A stretch of DNA of 64,000 nucleotides from Eledone cirrhosa (Eukaryota). The notes below the pieces were generated by a model. The model saw only the letters and a list, made by a program, of their open reading frames with translations, ran no database searches and was not told the origin of the DNA. Positions 14,357 through 29,017 of this stretch are shown piece after piece; position 1 is the first letter of the stretch, and the number at the start of each line of letters is the position of its first letter. The position numbers and the translations under genes were made by a program. The stretch is from NCBI GenBank assembly GCA_964016885.1, contig OZ024752.1, positions 10,602,001-10,666,000 on the forward strand. Direction: 5' to 3'.

Positions 14357-14852
14357 TGAGAAATGGTATGAGCATAAGCTAGAGTCAGTGATAGAAAACG
14401 ATCAGGTGAAGGTGATGTGGGATTTTAGGATACAGACGGACAAGAAACTGGAACACAATAGACCTGACCTGGTGGTTTTGGACAAAGAAAAAAGATCGTG
14501 CCTGATTGTGGAGTAGCCTGCCCATTCGACACGAGAGTGCAAGAGAAGGAGAGGGAGAAAATTAACCGATACCAGGACTTAAAGTGGGAGGTAGAAAGGA
14601 TTTGGAACTGCCATGAAGTCAAAGTGGTCCCGATTGTCATAGGCGCACTAGGTACTATCTCAAAAAGTTTCCAAGGATGGTTAACGAAAATTGGTCCCGC
14701 CCCGCTTTTTGTAACACTTCAAAAAGCATGCTTGCTGGGAACAGCAAGAACCCTCCGATACGTCCTGAATATCTGAGGCTGCAGGTAATGGCTTGATATT
14801 CATTTCAACAAACTTTCCAGTTAAATAACATCAATGACTGAGACTCAAAGAA
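14357..14852 (+). mobile_element. 3' fragment of R4/Dong-like non-LTR retrotransposon (restriction-like endonuclease domain)
   Basis: WDFRIQTDKKLEHNRPDLVV...VACPFD...KEREKINRYQDL...VPIVIGALG...LQKACLLGTARTLR with one frameshift near 14510; flanked by (TAA)n. Confidence 0.88.
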
Positions 14853-16711
14853 CAATAATAATAATAATAATAATAATAATAATTGTTTCTACTTTTGGCA
14901 CAAGGCCAGCAATTATTCCAGTGCATTACTGGTACTTTATTTTATCGACCCCATAAGGATGAAAGGCAAAGCTAACCTCGGTGGGATTTGAACTCAGATC
15001 GTAAAAGCGCGTAACTCTATGCTGCAAAGCATGGCGTCCGACCCTCTACCGATACTGCCAATCCATTAATAATAATAATAGTAATGACAACCATAATGAG
15101 CGCAATAATAATAATAGAGTGAAACAAAAGGAAAGAAAGAACAGGGAAATATAGTGAAAATGAGAGAGAGAAAGAAAGAAGAAAAAGAACGGGAAGAAGA
15201 GGAGATGGCAGGAGCTCCGGTGTCGCAGAAGTGAGTGGGGGTGGGGGTGAAGGGGGAGGGTAATTGGGCTTTGTGTCTAGGGAAAGAGGGCAGAAGTGCT
15301 GTGCCCCGCTGACACGACGGCAAAAGCATTCACCCGGACAATGGACAGTGACATCGCTGCAAAAGCCACCCAACATCGTGGGGATCCTTCTTCAGACGGG
15401 CCGCCGACGCTCAGATCTTGCAGAGGAGCTCGGCAGTATGGGGTTCAAGTACGCCTGAGGTCTCGATGGCGACGGTCCGAAGAGGAAGCGACCGGATAAA
15501 CTCCAGTATTTGTTTATTTGACGTTCTTCTGTATAAAATATATGATATAAATTATGTAAAGGATAATTATTTAATATAAACAGAATTAATATAAACAGAT
15601 TCGTGCATTTTGTTTAAAACAAATATTAACTTTTCACCCGATCTGGCCTAATTTTTTGCGTAATATTCAAATATAATCGACAAAATAATTCAATCAACAG
15701 TCACTCTGTGAAGGAAACATGAAAAGATAGAATTAACTATAGAGATTTATACTCAGAAGAGTAGAAAATTTAAATAATATTTTAGTGATTTGCTTCAGTT
15801 GACGTCTTTAAACTTGGAGATTAAATTCATATATTCGATAAGTTAATTATTTTCATGATATATATATATATACGAGGCAAGGGAAGCCATGCCTATGGTA
15901 ATAAACAAATAGGCATAAAGCCCTCTATAAGTTTGCAAAAGAGATTGCTTCAGTTGACTATATGACAAAGCACGTGGGCCCCCATTTGTTTATAATACTG
16001 AGAGATGGGAAGAGCGAGAGAGACGGAGGCAGTGGCTAAACTAGCATTGCTGAAGTATTTTGTAAAGCTGAAGCTATAAATAGAGGTTCTACTTTTGGCA
16101 CAAGGCCAGCGATTACCCCAGTGCATTACTGGTACTTTATTTTATCGACCTCGTAACGATGAGTTGAACTCAGGGGATTTGAACTCGGAACGCAAAGGGC
16201 CATAGATATGCTGCAAAGCATGGTGTCTGAGGCTCTGCCAAACCACAGCCCTTTTTACTATAAACAGGTACTAAACACATATGTATTTCTTAAGTTTAAA
16301 TATAAAGGGATTTTTACATTTCCCTGATTTGGAAAGATTTCTCCCAGTGTATTTTCAATGTTAAGTTTATTCGTTTTTTTCCGAGCTTTAAAGCTTAGTT
16401 ATGATTGGAAAACACGAATGGGAATAATATTGTAATAAATTGGAAAATAATTTGGTTAGACAATTTCATCATCATCATCCGGCTGTCTCAGCTGAAATGT
16501 ACTCAATAATTGGGTACCCACGTGGGTCTGTCGTTCATTGCCAAGTCCTGGATTTTAACAATATTTGTAAGTTTTTTGTGGTCACTCACTCAACCTCCGG
16601 AGAAAAGTCATTCTACTAAAAGATAATCATTGTTTTTCCTTTACGCAATAAGATTGTAACAAATTCGAGTCATTTATCATTCAATACCAGAATCTCGAGA
16701 GATGACATCGG

Positions 16712-16922
16712 GATAGGAGAGCTTGCGTCCCCTGTTATTAATGACTGCTTGTGGTTTCCAAAGCACTAATGGGGACACGGCGTGGTAGGTGGTGCGGTGG
16801 CAGTACCAGCAAATCAGGATAGGAGAGCTTGCGCCCCCTGTTATTAGTGACTGCTTGTGGTTTCCAAAGCACTAATGGGGACACGGCGTGGTAGGTGGTG
16901 CGGTGGCAATGGCCAGCAAATC
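16712..16922. repeat. ~105-bp tandem duplication
   Basis: ggataggagagcttgcg...ggtgcggtggca..ccagcaaatc occurs twice. Confidence 0.9.
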
Positions 16923-18889
16923 TTACTCTCCTTTTACGTACAACAACAGATATGTGTGGGAGGCCGGCATATATCTCACTCTAAGCCTGATGTCAATTTA
17001 GGCAATCAATTCATAATACTAAACGGATTCATAGAATTCCAAATGTACTATATATGAAGCTTAGATAAATAGATGTAGATGTGGCACCTAAAGAATACGA
17101 GAAAATAAATAAAATAGAACTATTGGCAAGTAAGTAGCTAACAGTTGGATTAGAAACTGAAAAGTTGATATGTTACGGAAGTAACTATAAAATGGAATAA
17201 CAATACTCAAACTTTCTGTACATGATTTCTGCTCGCTTTAGTACAATTTCACATCGATGTTTCCTACAATTTCCATTATATATTTGCATTCCCTAATAAT
17301 CTTCAAAGGAAACTATGTAAAAATCGATAAATAATTCAAATCTATTTAATTGCCATTATGTTATATATTGTGTTAGAAAACAATCTATGCAAAATACTAC
17401 ATTTGTATTCGTGGCTATTGCATTGTGGGGAAGTTGAAAAAACAAACGAATTCAATAGGTTCCAATATTTCTGCATAAATAAATAGTTTATTGATTTACA
17501 ATAACATTCGAATGATATTTTAAAATAGTTCATCTATTTATTTAGTTGCTGATATAATTGTTAAATGAAAGCAAATATCTTGATCACCTTTTTTTTTAAA
17601 TGTTATTGTTTGTCTAGACCTATATTTTGTTAAGGTGTGTTTCCGAACAACAACAGATTTCATATTTGCAAAGCATTTAATTAATTCAAAAAGCCGGAAA
17701 TTGTTACGCGGAAATAAACAAAGAATTTTCACTGTTTTTATATTGAATATAGAAATGAAAGACAAATATGGGCAGATGTCCATGAATTTAGGTGTGAAAA
17801 TCAATTTTAGTTGGAAAATATATTTGTTGAAATATAAATAAAAGATGCAATTTATTATACATTTCAATTACCCTCTCTGTTTATTACATGTAAAATCGTT
17901 TTTCGCTGCGATATTCATTATATCTTTTAACAGAAACTGGTTCCGGAAAATTGCGCATTGCTTGTTAAACAGAATGCACCTACTTCAGATGGAACAGAGG
18001 CAATTGTTAAACATTATAATCAGAAAATGTTAACAATAGGCAGACAGAATCAAACTTAAATTAATAGAATTCTGTCGTCAGTAGGCTTGTTAAAAACTAA
18101 TTGATTTTATATTTATATTCGAAATAAGTTTAGAATTCAATAATTATAGAATAGAAACCAGGCAATACTGCACAAGATTTCTGATAATACTATTTAGCAA
18201 AAGTTACGCTTATGTATTTTTTTCCTGTTCCTTCACGCGTTCACTATATATCCACATATAAAAATATGTATGTTTATATGTAAATACATATATATGTATA
18301 TATATATATATATACACGCGCACACACAGACACACGCACAGACGTTCTGCATCGATAGAAGAGGCAGTGTCTGCAGATGAATCACAGATTAACTGTAAAC
18401 TTAAGAAAGTAGTGTATAGAAAATGATGCATTGAGAGACGGTATAGGAATAGGGAGACGACATACATAGGTAGGAAGGCCTATAACAAAGGATAAAAGAT
18501 AAATGAACACTGTGAAGGCATTGGGGAGGCAGCATAACAGATCTGAACTTCGGCGTATTGATCTTCATTTAACGTATGAACTTATTTCTGTGAAACTACA
18601 TGACAAAGTTTGGGCAGAGGGTCCTCATTAGACATCGACCAGTCTAGGCTCAATCGATCCAGTTAGTGGATTACTGCCAGGTGATTGAACTGGCGATTCT
18701 TCAACTTATTCTAGTTATGTGAAAAACTATGCAATTCTCAAACAACACCATGGATAAAGCCCGTGCCTTTGTGAACGGTGCCAGAAAGCCGTCTTTCTAT
18801 GGATTAGATGATAATTTTGGATTGAATAACGACCGTCTTCCAAATTTAAATAGAAGATCACGACCTACGAAAGTCATTTCAAGACACTT

Positions 18890-19150
18890 GGACGCATTCA
18901 TCGTATTTATATTTAATTGCAGACCCCACTCATGGATCTCATGAAATGCAGAACTGGATAAACTCATGAAAATCTTTAACATCTCAGTCATATGCATCCA
19001 AGAACATCAACTAAATCACACTAAATATTCTCCAGATATTATTGCAAACAATCTTGGTAGAAACACAATGTTCACATCTACAGCCACCATAAATACCCGT
19101 GTTCAGAAAATGGTGGATTTGGAATCGTCGTTAGATACTTATTGTTACCC
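18890..19150 (+). pseudogene. Decayed LINE AP-endonuclease N-terminus (RTE-like)
   Basis: FNCR...AELDKLMKIFNISVICIQEH...GGFGIV with stops and frameshifts. Confidence 0.6.
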
Positions 19151-21986
19151 ATAGTTAGCCATCGTTATGGAGACACATGGCCCAGTGGTAAGGGTGTTGG
19201 ACTTACGATCACATTGTCATGGGTTCGATTCCTGGGCTGGGTTACCTGCTGTGTTCTATCTTTCTAATATAAAATGGTATGTGAAATATATACGCAAAAC
19301 AACTGCCCTTGCATTTGGATATTTAAAAGTAATATTAAACCACAAAGTCATATATATATATATTTCTAGATGGAAAATATAAAATCGATTCCATGTACAA
19401 ATTCTCAGTATGTTTTCTTCGGAATTAAATGACTTTAAACCAAATATATCTATATTTATTTGCACTATATATTATTGATAGCATTAATAGCTGTTGAATG
19501 TACGCAGTGACATAGCTATGCATACATTTATTTTGGGTTTAAGTGAACATAATTTGTATCGTAAACAATTATTAAATTTCAATTACAAATATTGCCTTTG
19601 TAAGATAATAGACATGCAATATTATCCATTATTTATGAAACTCTTCCATTATTTGCTAAGCTACATTGAAGAACAGATATAATTATTACATCATTCAGAA
19701 AACTTCTGATTTCTTAGTATCAACGACATACAGATTCTAATCAATGAAAGTGCAATACTAATTTTAAACGTATTCTGAATAGCCTATGCTATCAGGTACG
19801 TATGCATTCTGACTTTCTCTAATGTTTCATTGCTAGTATTAGATTTATTCAATAAATAATTATCTAAGCTTCTCTGTAGAATAGATATCGGCGAGTTATT
19901 TATGAAACAGATATATTTCTGATAGACTGTAGTTACAAAATATATTGCAATTTGATAATTAATTCATTTATCCATTCCTAGGTGTCATCTCTACTGAATA
20001 CATATTTTGTTTCCTACTTCATCACCATCTTTCTCCCTAAAATTGATATATAATAGGCGAGATGGTTTTCTATATTTATGACGAAAAATGTCATATTGCG
20101 GTTTTTTTCAAAAATTAAGCTGCCGACCCAAACTGAAATTACAGTAATTAAATCTGGATCAAGCGTGATTATTTCTTGTTCATAATATGGAAAATAAATA
20201 AAGATAAACGATAGGATATTTTAGAAATTCAATGAGAGGGAGAAAAAGAATTAAAAATGAAGGAGTTCCTGAGGGTAAAAGAGATGTTAAGAATGAATAT
20301 GTATTCTTTTTATATGATGATAACATTAACATAAAGGGGGAATAGAGAAAATGATAACTAAGTGACTAGTTGTACTAAATACACAAGGAATTAGTCCTAG
20401 TAAATTGAAATTAAAAATTAATAAGAATAATGATGAAATAATTAAGGAAAATAATTTTCACAAATATTTAATTATATATGCTTCCTTATATACAACTATT
20501 ATGAATCACGTTAATATTACTTCTGCTAAATAAAAATGTTTCTAATGTCTTCAAATACAGAAAATTGAGATTAGAAAAATTCTACGAGTAACACTGTATA
20601 CTTGAGAATGCTCAGTATTTCTGACAGGTAGAATTATGAAAAGAGGTAATGTTATCTCGTTCCGTTTCATGAATATTGCATACACTTTTATTAAGCTATC
20701 CTGTTTAATCTACGCAGTAGATATATTAGTATATATAGATGTAATGCTGCTGAAACACACTATTTCTGCGTGTATAAACATCTCTCTGATGCATCATATA
20801 CACTTCATTTGATCAGGCTTGACATCCAACGTTCCACTATGAACCCCATCAAGGCAATATCAGTATGAACTTTATACAAGCATCGCAATGCAAACATCAT
20901 CGAACTGGTAAAATATCTGTAGTGTCGGAAGCAATAATGTATATTCTGACATTTCGTGATTTGTTTTCATGTTGCGCTGATGCCTATATTATCTTCCATG
21001 TATCTTCCATGTATCGGAATCTAATACATAATGTACCCATTTCGGTGACGTATTTGTAAGGGGTTAAAAAGGACAAATAGGATGTATTGTGGTATTCATT
21101 CCCTCCCATGTTTTAGGGAGTTAATATATTAAAGGTGACAGATTATTCGTTTACTCGTTTTAAATCAACCGCCTAAGTCCTAGATGAGAGACACAAGCCT
21201 TATCCCTGTTACAGAAAATGTCATAAAAATCTCATGATTTATAGGTGAAACTTCTGCCCTGCTAAACTGAAGGACTAACTATACACATCTATTATAAAAA
21301 AAAAACCCATGGTATGCTATATCTCACAAATCTGATTTCTTTATCCGAAAAATATGTATAATTATGGATGATTGATTGATTAATGAGTGGTATGAATTAT
21401 CTGATAAGAAATGCACTATATGTAGAGGGAAATCATACGATTTTGCAAGTAAAACTTATACAATTACTTTGAAACAGGAATGGTTTGCGGCATATAGTTA
21501 CGTTCTTCAATATCTGAGTTCAATTACCCCCGAGGGTTGCTTTAACTTTCATCATTATTGGTTTGATACAATAAAGTACCAATAACGCCCAGGGTTTAAT
21601 TTAATCGACTTTCCCCTCCCCCAAGATTGTTGGCCTGGTGCCTAAATCAGAAATCCTTATACACAAATATATTATATACACGCCTCGATTATGAATCACG
21701 TGTTGATCCTACTGCTAAATACAACTATTATTGTATTCAACATCCGTTTAACCCTTCTCTTTAGTACCTGGTGTTGTACATCATTGCGTGTAAGAAGGCT
21801 GATTCATTGGTCCAAACTTAACTTTATCCATCAGATTTTCAGAATTCACTCAAATATTTTTGGCAGATGCGTAACGTTGAATGAAGAAAACTCGCAAATG
21901 TTCATGTCTAGAATAGTTGTATTCAGATTGCATCATTGTAAAAATTTGCTACTCAAATCAATGCGTCCATTATGCTTAAATATATA

Positions 21987-22066
21987 CAGGACATCCGAAA
22001 AAAATGTATACACGCTTTAAAAGCATACTAATAAAAGTGTGTATACCTTTTGTAGGGAACATCCTG
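21987..22066. mobile_element. Tc1/mariner-type MITE (~80 bp)
   Basis: TA|CAGG...CCTG|TA with imperfect ~30-bp TIRs. Confidence 0.6.
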
Positions 22067-22881
22067 TATATGACAGCGTGGAAACGAAGAGAAAAGAAGA
22101 GATATGACAAAGGAATTATACCGGGTTATTTTCCTTGCTTTACATATTTATTGTTAAACTCAGTAATCGAACTTTATTACTGAAAATTTATCGTTGAAGT
22201 TGTTACCGTTGTACGCTATAATATGCAGTCTTCCGTATCATCCTGCAACACAAATTATGATATCGTTTGACCATAAATCACAGGAAGCAATTATATGATT
22301 GCAATTATGAGATAAGTATTTATATGAATTTCTCTTCTTCGGTAGCTGCACTTCAATTTCATCATAAAATATGTTCAAATATTTTTAAAGCAAATGAGTC
22401 AGCCATGCATATTATATTAAAGAAATAAATGATTTTTATCTCGCGCTATGAAGTTCGGTAATTAGATATTTATCACTTCTAAAAAAAATAGAAAGAAACA
22501 TTTTAACTATGGCCGATGAGAGTGATTTCTAATTTTAGTGAGCATGAACTTATCACATTGGAAATAATACATATATGAATTTGTTTTTTTTAAATATAAT
22601 TCCAGTGCTAATGCAGAGTTTATAGAAAATTAACTAATGAATGAAAACCAGTCATAGCTTCCAGCCATATATCAAAATTATGAAAATAATTATCTGTCGT
22701 CTCACTGCTTCCATTAACACGTCTATTTATGTTACGACGTATTATGATAGGATTTAAAGCCTATACCAGCACCAAACGACTATATGTTATGTGGGTTCAG
22801 TTATGAACAAGATATCTTCTCCATGGAATGGAAATATATGAAATATTAAACCAGTGTTCCATTCCATTATTAAGGTAGAAT

Positions 22882-23100
22882 AGGGCGGTGGATTGGCATT
22901 ATCGGTCGATGGTCGGACACCATCCTTTGCAGCATAGAGTTACGGCCCTTTACGTTATGAGTTCAAATCCCGCCGAGGTTAACTTTGCCTTTCAACCTTA
23001 CGGGGTCGATAAAATAAAGTACCAGTAACGAACTTGGGTCGATTTAATCGGACTCCCCCACCCCCCAAATTATTGTTCACCTTGTGCCTAAATCTGAAAT
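22882..23100 (+). mobile_element. tRNA-derived SINE family 1, long-tail variant
   Basis: A and B boxes, core and ggtcgatttaatcg...cccccc tail. Confidence 0.85.
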
Positions 23101-23328
23101 CCTTATACACAAATATATTATACTAGACCACCCATGACCCGTTCAGTTACATTCACTTAAAAAAAAATTATAAAATAATTAACATATACACGGACATGTA
23201 TATAATATAAAATGAAATTGGAAAGCCTCATATATATATATCAGGATGGTTCCTTATGATTTCTCCCGAATGAGATAGTTCTAGTCCTGTAGAGGCCATT
23301 TCTTATTCTATATTAAATATAAATATAT

Positions 23329-23502
<174 letters not shown>

Positions 23503-23896
23503 CAAAAGGGATATTTACTTTGTTGGTAATTCAACAAATATATATGTTTATAACTGATATAGCTAAATATTTTTTTTAATTCAGGAATCATATTCCACCA
23601 TTCCTACAAACTGTTAATTCTTTTTAAATTCACGTAGATACAAGCTCTTCTTTTTTTACTCTTTCTTCTTCCTACACATACTCATATATATATCCTAATA
23701 TTTATTTAAATTTACCTACCATCTAAAAATAACGTTTTTTCAGCCCTATACCTCAACCTCATTTGCATACTCATCTTAATAATTTGAAATATTTGACTTT
23801 TCTTCTCTTTCCCTTCTTTCTTTTTACTATCCAGGAAAAACTTGAACCGTTAAGATCTTCTTCCTGGATATGTCAATATTTATAAAACATACTTTG

Positions 23897-23957
23897 TATT
23901 TTATCTGATGACAGCGTACCAAAGATTTGGTACCCTTGAAATATATATAATAGAATA
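23897..23957 (+). ncRNA. Type I hammerhead with (AT)n stem III
   Basis: tattttat-CTGATGA-cagcgtacca...tggtaccctt-GAA-atatatat-a-atagaata; 8-bp stem I; within TA-flanked element 23501-24000. Confidence 0.75.
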
Positions 23958-23998
23958 AATATGGTTTTAAAGATATAGTTTCCATTTATTAATATCAT

Positions 23999-24064
<66 letters not shown>

Positions 24065-25016
24065 GTGTGTTTGTGTGTGTGCGTATGTGTGTATGTGTGT
24101 GTGTGTCTGTTTCTGTGTGCACATATATATATATGTAAATATGAAACTCCTATTAAGGTAGAATGAATTTCGAGAGATGACGGACGATTGGTTATGCAGT
24201 TGATTGTGAGTTCCAGCTCTTCATTTTGGCTTTAACGTCGTTTTACTTTAATGGCAATGACACAATTGTTTCCAATTTCATTTTAAAGCCATTGGATTTT
24301 AGGTGAAAAAGTCCAATAGATGAATTATTCACTAGAATATTTTCTCGAAATTGTTTCTCTTCATGCATTAAGATGTTCCATAATTACGCCATTTCGTGGC
24401 AGCTAAAATGTCAGTTTGTTGCTATTAAACACAAAACCGTATGTTCTATCATCGAACCAAATTTTGAAGCCATTATGACTGGTGAGGTGTGGTACAATTC
24501 TGACGGATTTATTTCGATGCAAAAATTGGGCTTGGTATATTGCAATTTTAAATACTAATGTTTTAAAGTAAATGATGGACATTTCAAATAGTGTTTCACT
24601 TGTTTCGCCATAAATGTTTCCATGAATGTATACATCACTTTGTTTAATGTATTATACAACAAGTGGCTATATATAGAGGCAAAGTACATTGAATTATTGA
24701 CGCAGTGTTTGTCATTTTCACAAGGTTACGGATGAAGCTGTGGCATGGCTGCTGATTAGAACACCTTGAGCATGATAGATAGATGTGTATTATAAAATCC
24801 CGCCAAGGTTAACTTTGCCTTTCATCCTTACGGGGTCGATGAAATAAAGTACCAGTAATGTACTGGGTAATTGCTGGCCTTGTGCCTAAAGTAGAAACAA
24901 TTATAAACAAATATACTATATAAAACGCTCTGCGGAATAGTCAGTGGTAACTATATTTGCACAATTAGCAGAGTGGCGGGTACAATGCCATATCGGTATT
25001 TCTACTGGTTCTTTGT

Positions 25017-25145
25017 GGAGGCACGTGGCCTAATGGTAAGAGTGTTGGACTTACGATCATAATGTCGTGGGTTCGATTCCTGGGTTGCGTTTTGTGTTCT
25101 TGAGCAAAACACTTCATTTCACGTTGCTCTAGTATACTCAACTGG
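25017..25145 (+). mobile_element. tRNA-derived SINE family 2 (CORE-like)
   Basis: tggcctaatgg A box, gttcgattcc B box, tgtgttcttgagcaaaacactt core; other copies at 19185, 39110, 49170 and 59065(-). Confidence 0.8.
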
Positions 25146-25155
25146 AATATATATA

Positions 25156-25191
<36 letters not shown>

Positions 25192-25290
25192 GAATTAGTA
25201 TATCTACCAACATATATATACAGATGTATACCTATGCAAGCAAATATATAGGTTTTGTCTTAGTAACTTTGTGGTTCAATGCAAGGGGAT

Positions 25291-25485
25291 GCATAACAAT
25301 TATATGAAAAACGTAAAATAAGAAAATTATAGTAATTAGCTTACTTACTTAAATTTCAGTCCAACTAATTAGTTTCTGAAAGGGAATATACATAGTCTCA
25401 AACTGGAGATCATGGAGAAACCTTTTCCCCAAATTAAGTAAGTAAGCTAATTACTATAATTTTCTTATTTTACGTGTTTCATATA
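25291..25485. repeat. ~50-bp-arm inverted repeat
   Basis: tatatgaaaaacgtaaaataagaaaattatagtaattagcttacttacttaa and its reverse complement. Confidence 0.85.
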
Positions 25486-25664
25486 TATATATAATATAGA
25501 TGAGATTCTACAGGACTAGAAATGTTTCATTCTTGAGAAATCATCATGATTCCTGATGATTTCTCAAGAATCTATATTAAAACTGTTATACTCTGCTATG
25601 TATAGGGTACCTTACTTACTGAGTTTACCTCCGATTCATCCCGTAATAACTTACCTATATATAT

Positions 25665-25760
25665 ACCTGCATCTCCAACAGCGATAATGAGGGACAGAGA
25701 CCGCTGGAGAGAACTCGTCCATGGATCTCGGGAATTTTACCCGCCTTAGATAGATAGATA
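25665..25760 (+). mobile_element. LINE (RTE-like) extreme 3' end with (TAGA)n tail
   Basis: MRDRDRWRELV-like terminus followed by tagatagatagat. Confidence 0.5.
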
Positions 25761-25945
25761 GATATATATACCTATAATATATATTGAAACTAATTCATTG
25801 GAAGAACCAATTATTCTCCGATCGTTTGTTCACTCACTGCTTTAATTACCCCAGCATTATTAAGATACCAACCGAAAAAGAAAGCAGATTGCACACTAAT
25901 ACATTAATAGTGAGAGAAACGATCCGTGTATGTGGAGAATTTGAT

Positions 25946-26037
<92 letters not shown>

Positions 26038-27349
26038 CGAAGGAAGTGTGGTAAGGAATCAGCTGGCCCATCATGCAACAGAGTACTCGATACTTTGGGT
26101 GGTAGAGTGGGTAATAGTCTAGAAAGGGGTAATATGAAGTGGGTAATAGGAAAACAGTTTAGAAATAGCCCTCGAAACGGCTTGAGCTCTGCCGTCGGGG
26201 CCCTCAATCTTCTCATATATATATACATGTGAAAGCATATACCGTATTATCCTCATTGATATTCAGTTAAACGATTGTACTTTCACTTTAACCTCTTAAT
26301 TGTATTTCTATACCATTTAAAATGTGTTAACCAGAACTCTAAATTTAAGTTGATTGAGTTATTCAGTTTAACCTTGACATGGCAATTATAAACTTTAAAA
26401 AATTTCTCTCATGATAAGGTATGTGCGATGTACCTTGTGATGTGAGATTTTTCTGAAACGTAAACGATTTTGAATCTTTTTTTGTTTATTTTTTTACTTT
26501 AATGTCTATAAATTTCTAATTGAATATTTATCATTCGATTCTTATATGTAAATTAACTCATAAGAAGATACCATGCAAAAGAAGTGAGAAAGTTTTAAAT
26601 AGTTTACTTTCACATAATAAACAATTTTACTGAAATAGACGCACTTCCAAATTTTTTGAAGACGAAAATATTTGGATAGCCTAGAGTGAAGAGGCTTTCG
26701 TAACATTATTATCTACAAGGAGTTATCGTACCGTGCTAAACTGACATGTGTGTGTATAATAATATCAGCCAATGGAAGTGGAAAATATTCCTCCATGAAA
26801 AACTAAATTATTCTTGGAATACATTACGAAGAGAAAGAATACAGATCTTAGTTAATGAAAAATACTTCAATTGCTACTGGCAGGACTTAAAATCGCAGCA
26901 AATAAAAATAAAAAATAAATAAATAAAGAATAAAGACAAAATGATTTAAACACTCAAAATCTAAAATATATTATTTTTGTGAAGAAAAGAAAACCAATCA
27001 ACATTTTTTAATGAACCAAGTAATTTGTAAAGAATGTGTCCGGCCGGGTTGAACTTGTAAGAACTCATCATCTCTTCTATCCTTGTCTCCCTCTTCTTTC
27101 TCTCTCCTTCTACCTATCCCCCGTCTGTCTCTCTCTCTCTCCCACTCTCCCTCTCTGTATATATGTATATATTACATGTGTATTCGTAGCACATTAGATA
27201 AATATCTTCTGAGGCATTCTAAGTGACTATACTGTGACATAAACTGTGAGGAAGCGCTACATCCCGAGACACTCACATACACAGACCCCCCCCCCCCACA
27301 CACACACACACATACAATACACACACACACGCCACACATATGTATATAC

Positions 27350-28189
27350 AAGAATTACAAACCGGACTATCAACAAACCGAACCTAAATACGCTCGAAAC
27401 TACTATACAAGACTACAAAATAACAGGGAAAATACCATTAGATATAGTAATGGCCATGAACAAGCAATTCATAAACATCATTTTTCGACCAAGGCTACAG
27501 GGCACACGAAACCCGGTGGCACAAAACGATTTTGAAAAACCGAAAATAATCCATCTTTCAAATACAAACTTCTCAATTAAAATTCTTTCAAAAGGAGTGA
27601 AATTCCAACCAACACCAAAATACTCTAACCTCAATGAGATAAACGACGATATTTTACACTTCTGTACAAATTATGTCTCACAGAGGACGTTTTTTGACAA
27701 GGAGAATAACGACCAATCAATTGTACGGAATAAAAGCAGCTGCAACCTAACAAAGGGCAGGAATAGAGTTTAGGACAAATTATGTTACCAAATATCAATT
27801 TCCCCATACTATGAACTACCACGACCTAAACGCAAACCCAACACGAGTCGAAGGGAATGGGAATTTATCCATGAACTAAAAAACAACACGGACTAAAAAA
27901 AACACTAATTAAGGAAGCGGACAAGTGAAGCACTGTGGTCATTATGGATGCTGAACATTATAAACGCTCTATATTGTCTCTCTTACGAGACACTAACTAC
28001 TATTAAGCAACTACCAGCAATCAAAAACAATGAATCGATTAAACGTATTCATTTGTCAATACGAGAAAGACTTAACTAAAAAAGAACGCGACTGTTTAAC
28101 ACATTTTGAATGCAAACTCAGCAACATTTAGGGGCAACCGAAGATCCACAAGTGTAAAACAATTAACGATGCCTGTAAAGAATCTACCT

Positions 28190-28190
<1 letters not shown>
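27350..28190 (+). pseudogene. Penelope-like element ORF fragment (N-terminal domain and start of RT)
   Basis: IIHLSN...ILSKGVKFQPTP...IKEADK*STVVIMD...GQPKIHK motifs with stops and frameshifts; cut by (TA)n. Confidence 0.85.
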
Positions 28191-28257
<67 letters not shown>

Positions 28258-28463
28258 CGTTTCTGAATTTGTTTAGCAAGATTCTTTATCTGAAATCGTG
28301 TGTTGAAACCGATATTGTTATACTTTGGGAGGGTCATGTTGCCAATAAGAAACACACGCACCAGTTGCTTTCACTTCAATTTATTATAATAAATTTATAA
28401 TAAATTTATAAATTTATAAATTTCTGGTTGGCTGGTTCCACAACCAGATAGTTGTTTATATAT

Positions 28464-28508
28464 AGTCATAGTTCTTTCGTCACACACTCTGTGACCTCTT
28501 CAGTGACT
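28464..28508 (-). ncRNA. Minimal type I hammerhead (family C)
   Basis: Minus strand agtca-CTGAAGA-ggtcaca gagtg tgtgac-GAAA-gaac-TA-tgact. Confidence 0.75.
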
Positions 28509-28620
28509 GGGGATTCCTTTCTTTGTTTCTGTGCCTCTCCTTTGTTCTATCCTACGCCATTTTGTTTCTGTGTGTGTGTTGTGTGTTTCTTATTGGCAAC
28601 ATGACCCTCCCAAAGTATAA

Positions 28621-28652
<32 letters not shown>

Positions 28653-28661
28653 AGAGAGAGA

Positions 28662-28697
<36 letters not shown>

Positions 28698-29017
28698 TAG
28701 AGAGAGGGGCAGAGAGATCTTAAGGGGATATCGTCAGGAAGAAGATAAATTATAGCTGGGTACATGTTATGTTTTATGTGCGGAAAAATTCGTTGTTGTT
28801 TTCGAATTTGGATTTCAACCGCAGAAGGACGGTATATGTTCACATTCCTATCTGCTACGAGTCTATGAATATGTTATATAATTGTGATGATGGTATTAAA
28901 TGCAAAAACATCTCTGAATATGAACTGAGAAACTCTCAGCGTCTCATAATCGAATATATATGTCTATGTTGACTTAAGTGATATACATATGTGTTATAAA
29001 GTATAAGAGATACAATA

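Noticed and set aside
15200-15500. GC-rich island with short ORFs
   Set aside because: No identifiable domain; probably a retroelement 5' fragment but not supportable
25017-25090. tRNA genes at SINE heads
   Set aside because: A and B boxes are present but there is no intact cloverleaf, and each head continues into a SINE body
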